A stretch of 48,617 nt of DNA from an uncultured Holophagaceae bacterium (GTDB lineage Bacteria; Acidobacteriota; Holophagae; Holophagales; Holophagaceae). Shown here piece by piece: positions 46,867-48,617 of the stretch (position 1 is its first letter; each line of letters starts with the position of its first letter). Below the pieces are notes generated by a model that saw only the letters and a list, made by a program, of their open reading frames with translations, was not told the DNA's origin and searched no databases. The position numbers and the translations under genes were made by a program. The DNA lies in assembly GCA_903880675.1 (NCBI GenBank), contig CAIRQL010000098.1:1-48617 (forward strand), read 5' to 3'.

Positions 46867-48327
46867 CTAGCTCGTCCCCGCCAACCCCTGCACGAGGTCC
46901 AGGCCTGGTTCGGTGCGGCTGAGGTACCAGGTCAGGGCTTGGCCATCTACGAGCTCGATGCGGGTGTGGGGGAAGCGCTTCTGCAGGGCGGTCTGGTGGC
47001 GGGCGTTGAAGCGGTAGGGCTCGGTGGGCAGCAGGATGAGGTCCGGGGCCAGGGCTTCGATGTCGGCCTCCGTGAGGACGGGATAGCGGTCCGGGCCAAC
47101 GGGGGTGAGGCCGCCCTGGCGGAGCAAGTCGCCCACATAGGTATCGGGCCCGGCGCTCATCCAGGGCTCCTTCCAGATGAGCGGCAGGACCCGGGGCCCC
47201 TTCTGGTGCTGGCCCTTGATGCGCTTCGCCAGGGCTTTGGCCATGGGCTCGCTCAGGTCCGTCACACCCAGGCGCTCGCCGAGGAGGCGCAGGGCGGCCA
47301 CGCAGTCCTGGACGGTGCGAATCTCCAGGGCCAGCCAGGGGATGCCCAGGGCGTCCAGGGCGTCCGCCACGGCCTTGGGGTTCTCGTCCTTCTCCAGGAT
47401 CACCAGGTCCGGGGCCAGGTCCCGGATGCGCACCAGGTCCGGATCCTTGGTGCCACCGGCGGCGGGCACGGTGTTGCGGATCCAGCGGGGCTCGATGCAG
47501 AAGCGGGAGCGGCCGGCGAGGCGGGCCGCCAGGCCCCACTGCACCAGCAGCTCCGTCACCGAGGGCACCAGGCTGATGATGCGCTGGGGAGCCACGGAGC
47601 CAGCCGGGGACGGCGCCCGGGGCGTAGGTGCGGGCGGTGCGGCTTCGCCTTCCGGCGGGGGCTGGAAGCGGACACCGAGGTGGGGGTCCTTGATCTTGCC
47701 CCGGCCCGTGGGGCAGAGGCTCAGCACGGGGCAGGCGGCACAGTCCGGGCGGCGGGCGTCGCAGACCCGGCGGCCATGGAAGATCAGCTGGTGGTGCAGC
47801 TCGATCCAGTCCTCTTGGGGAAAGGTGCGGCAGAGGTCGGCCTCCACCTTCTCCGGCGTGTTGGCCTTGGACAGGCCCAGGCGGCGGGCCACCCGGAAGA
47901 TGTGGGTGTCCACCGCCAGGGCCGGCACCCCGAAAGCATTGGCCAGCACCACATTGGCTGTCTTCTGGCCCACGCCGGGCAGGGCGCCCAGGGCCGCCGG
48001 ATCTGCGGGGACTTCGCCTCCGTGGCGGGCCATCAAGGCCTGCCCCAGGCCGATGAGGTTCCGGGCCTTGTTGTGGTAGAAGCCCGTGGACCGGATGAGG
48101 GCTTCCAGCTCCAGGAGGGGGGCTGCCGCCAGGCTGGCCGCATCGGGGAAGCGGGCGAAGAGGGCTGGCGTGGTGAGGTTCACCCGGGCATCCGTGCACT
48201 GGGCGCTCAGGATGGTGGCCACCACCAGCTGAAACGGATCTGCGTGATCCAGGGCGCACTTGGCATCGGGATAGGCGGCGCGGAGGCGGTCCTGGAGCTG
48301 GAGGGAGACGGACGGGCGGGGGGGCAT
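46867..48327 (-). CDS. nth: Endonuclease III fused to a C-terminal helical-backbone (BtuF/TroA-like) binding domain
   Basis: ILSAQCTD, HhH LPGVGQKTANV, VDTH, C-x6-C-x2-C-x5-C Fe-S motif; Pro linker; RIISLVPSVTE…GGTKDPD…PDLVI…EN…EPYRF…VDG. ATG 48327 preferred over 48387. Confidence 0.88.
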   Translation of the reverse strand: MPPRPSVSLQLQDRLRAAYPDAKCALDHADPFQLVVATILSAQCTDARVNLTTPALFARFPDAASLAAAPLLELEALIRSTGFYHNKARNLIGLGQALMARHGGEVPADPAALGALPGVGQKTANVVLANAFGVPALAVDTHIFRVARRLGLSKANTPEKVEADLCRTFPQEDWIELHHQLIFHGRRVCDARRPDCAACPVLSLCPTGRGKIKDPHLGVRFQPPPEGEAAPPAPTPRAPSPAGSVAPQRIISLVPSVTELLVQWGLAARLAGRSRFCIEPRWIRNTVPAAGGTKDPDLVRIRDLAPDLVILEKDENPKAVADALDALGIPWLALEIRTVQDCVAALRLLGERLGVTDLSEPMAKALAKRIKGQHQKGPRVLPLIWKEPWMSAGPDTYVGDLLRQGGLTPVGPDRYPVLTEADIEALAPDLILLPTEPYRFNARHQTALQKRFPHTRIELVDGQALTWYLSRTEPGLDLVQGLAGTS

Positions 48328-48385
48328 GGGTCCAGGATAGGGGGCTCCCTGGCCAGATTCGATAGACTGGTTGCCGAGGTGCTGC

Positions 48386-48617
48386 ATGCCCAGCCAGCTG
48401 ACGGGACGACTTGACGGCCAGGAAACCGCCCGCCACTACCTGGCCTTGGTCCGGGCCAATGTCCGGAAGCTGGGCATTGCCCCGGGGCTGGGCGTCATCC
48501 TCGGCAGCCAGGATGCGGGCAGCGTCACCTACCAGCGCTGGCTCATGAAGGACTGCGAGGATGTGGGCATCGCGGCCCACGACCTCCGGGTGGAGAACGG
48601 CATGCAGATGGTGAAGC
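48386..48617 (+). CDS. Methylene-THF dehydrogenase (FolD family), 5' part, truncated by the window edge
   Basis: Not in the ORF track. Translates MPSQLTGRLDGQETARHYLALVRANVRKLGIAPGLGVILGSQDAGSVTYQRWLMKDCEDVGI…, matching the FolD N-terminal pattern (LDG…PGLxVIL…D-x2-S-x2-Y…C-x2-VGI); GAGG RBS. Confidence 0.72.
   Translation, partial: MPSQLTGRLDGQETARHYLALVRANVRKLGIAPGLGVILGSQDAGSVTYQRWLMKDCEDVGIAAHDLRVENGMQMVK

Noticed and set aside
45242-48580. 1112-aa minus-strand ORF and other long antisense ORFs (1794-4217, 5320-7821, 17903-20311, 38086-40335)
   Set aside because: Typical stop-poor shadow frames of high-GC genes, fully overlapping well-supported CDS and lacking motifs.

Overview
A GC-rich (roughly 70% by eye), densely coding, mostly core-genome bacterial window with about 43 CDS. 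I found no rRNA, tRNA, CRISPR array, transposase or integrase. Gene style and content suggest Acidobacteriota, possibly Holophagae/Geothrix-like; this is an inference, not a database result. Housekeeping genes: mreBC(D)-mrdA-rodA-ligA, serS, a PpiD-like chaperone, def-fmt, cdd, riboflavin synthase, smpB, hemW, gmhA, ftsK, dsbD, nth and a partial folD-like gene. Most interesting signals: (1) apparent homologues of the myxobacterial polarity module, namely a RomR-like regulator with an expanded acidic repeat linker, an adjacent RomY-like gene, and an SgmX-like TPR protein 8.5 kb away; (2) endonuclease III fused in frame to a BtuF/TroA-like binding domain; (3) a convergent pair of unusual heme-c proteins (a membrane domain plus cytochrome P460-like domain behind a sigma54-like promoter, and a CxxCH plus triple-rhodanese protein); (4) a stand-alone CarH/LitR B12 photoreceptor with an upstream palindrome; (5) non-canonical folate enzymes (PTPS-III signature; FolD lacking the YxxxK lysine); (6) an MreB with an actin-like Gln at the catalytic position; (7) a dispersed family of 9-nt/7-nt periodic intergenic repeats; (8) repeated leaderless-type TANNNT-N6-ATG promoters. 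All family assignments come from motif recognition without database searches.
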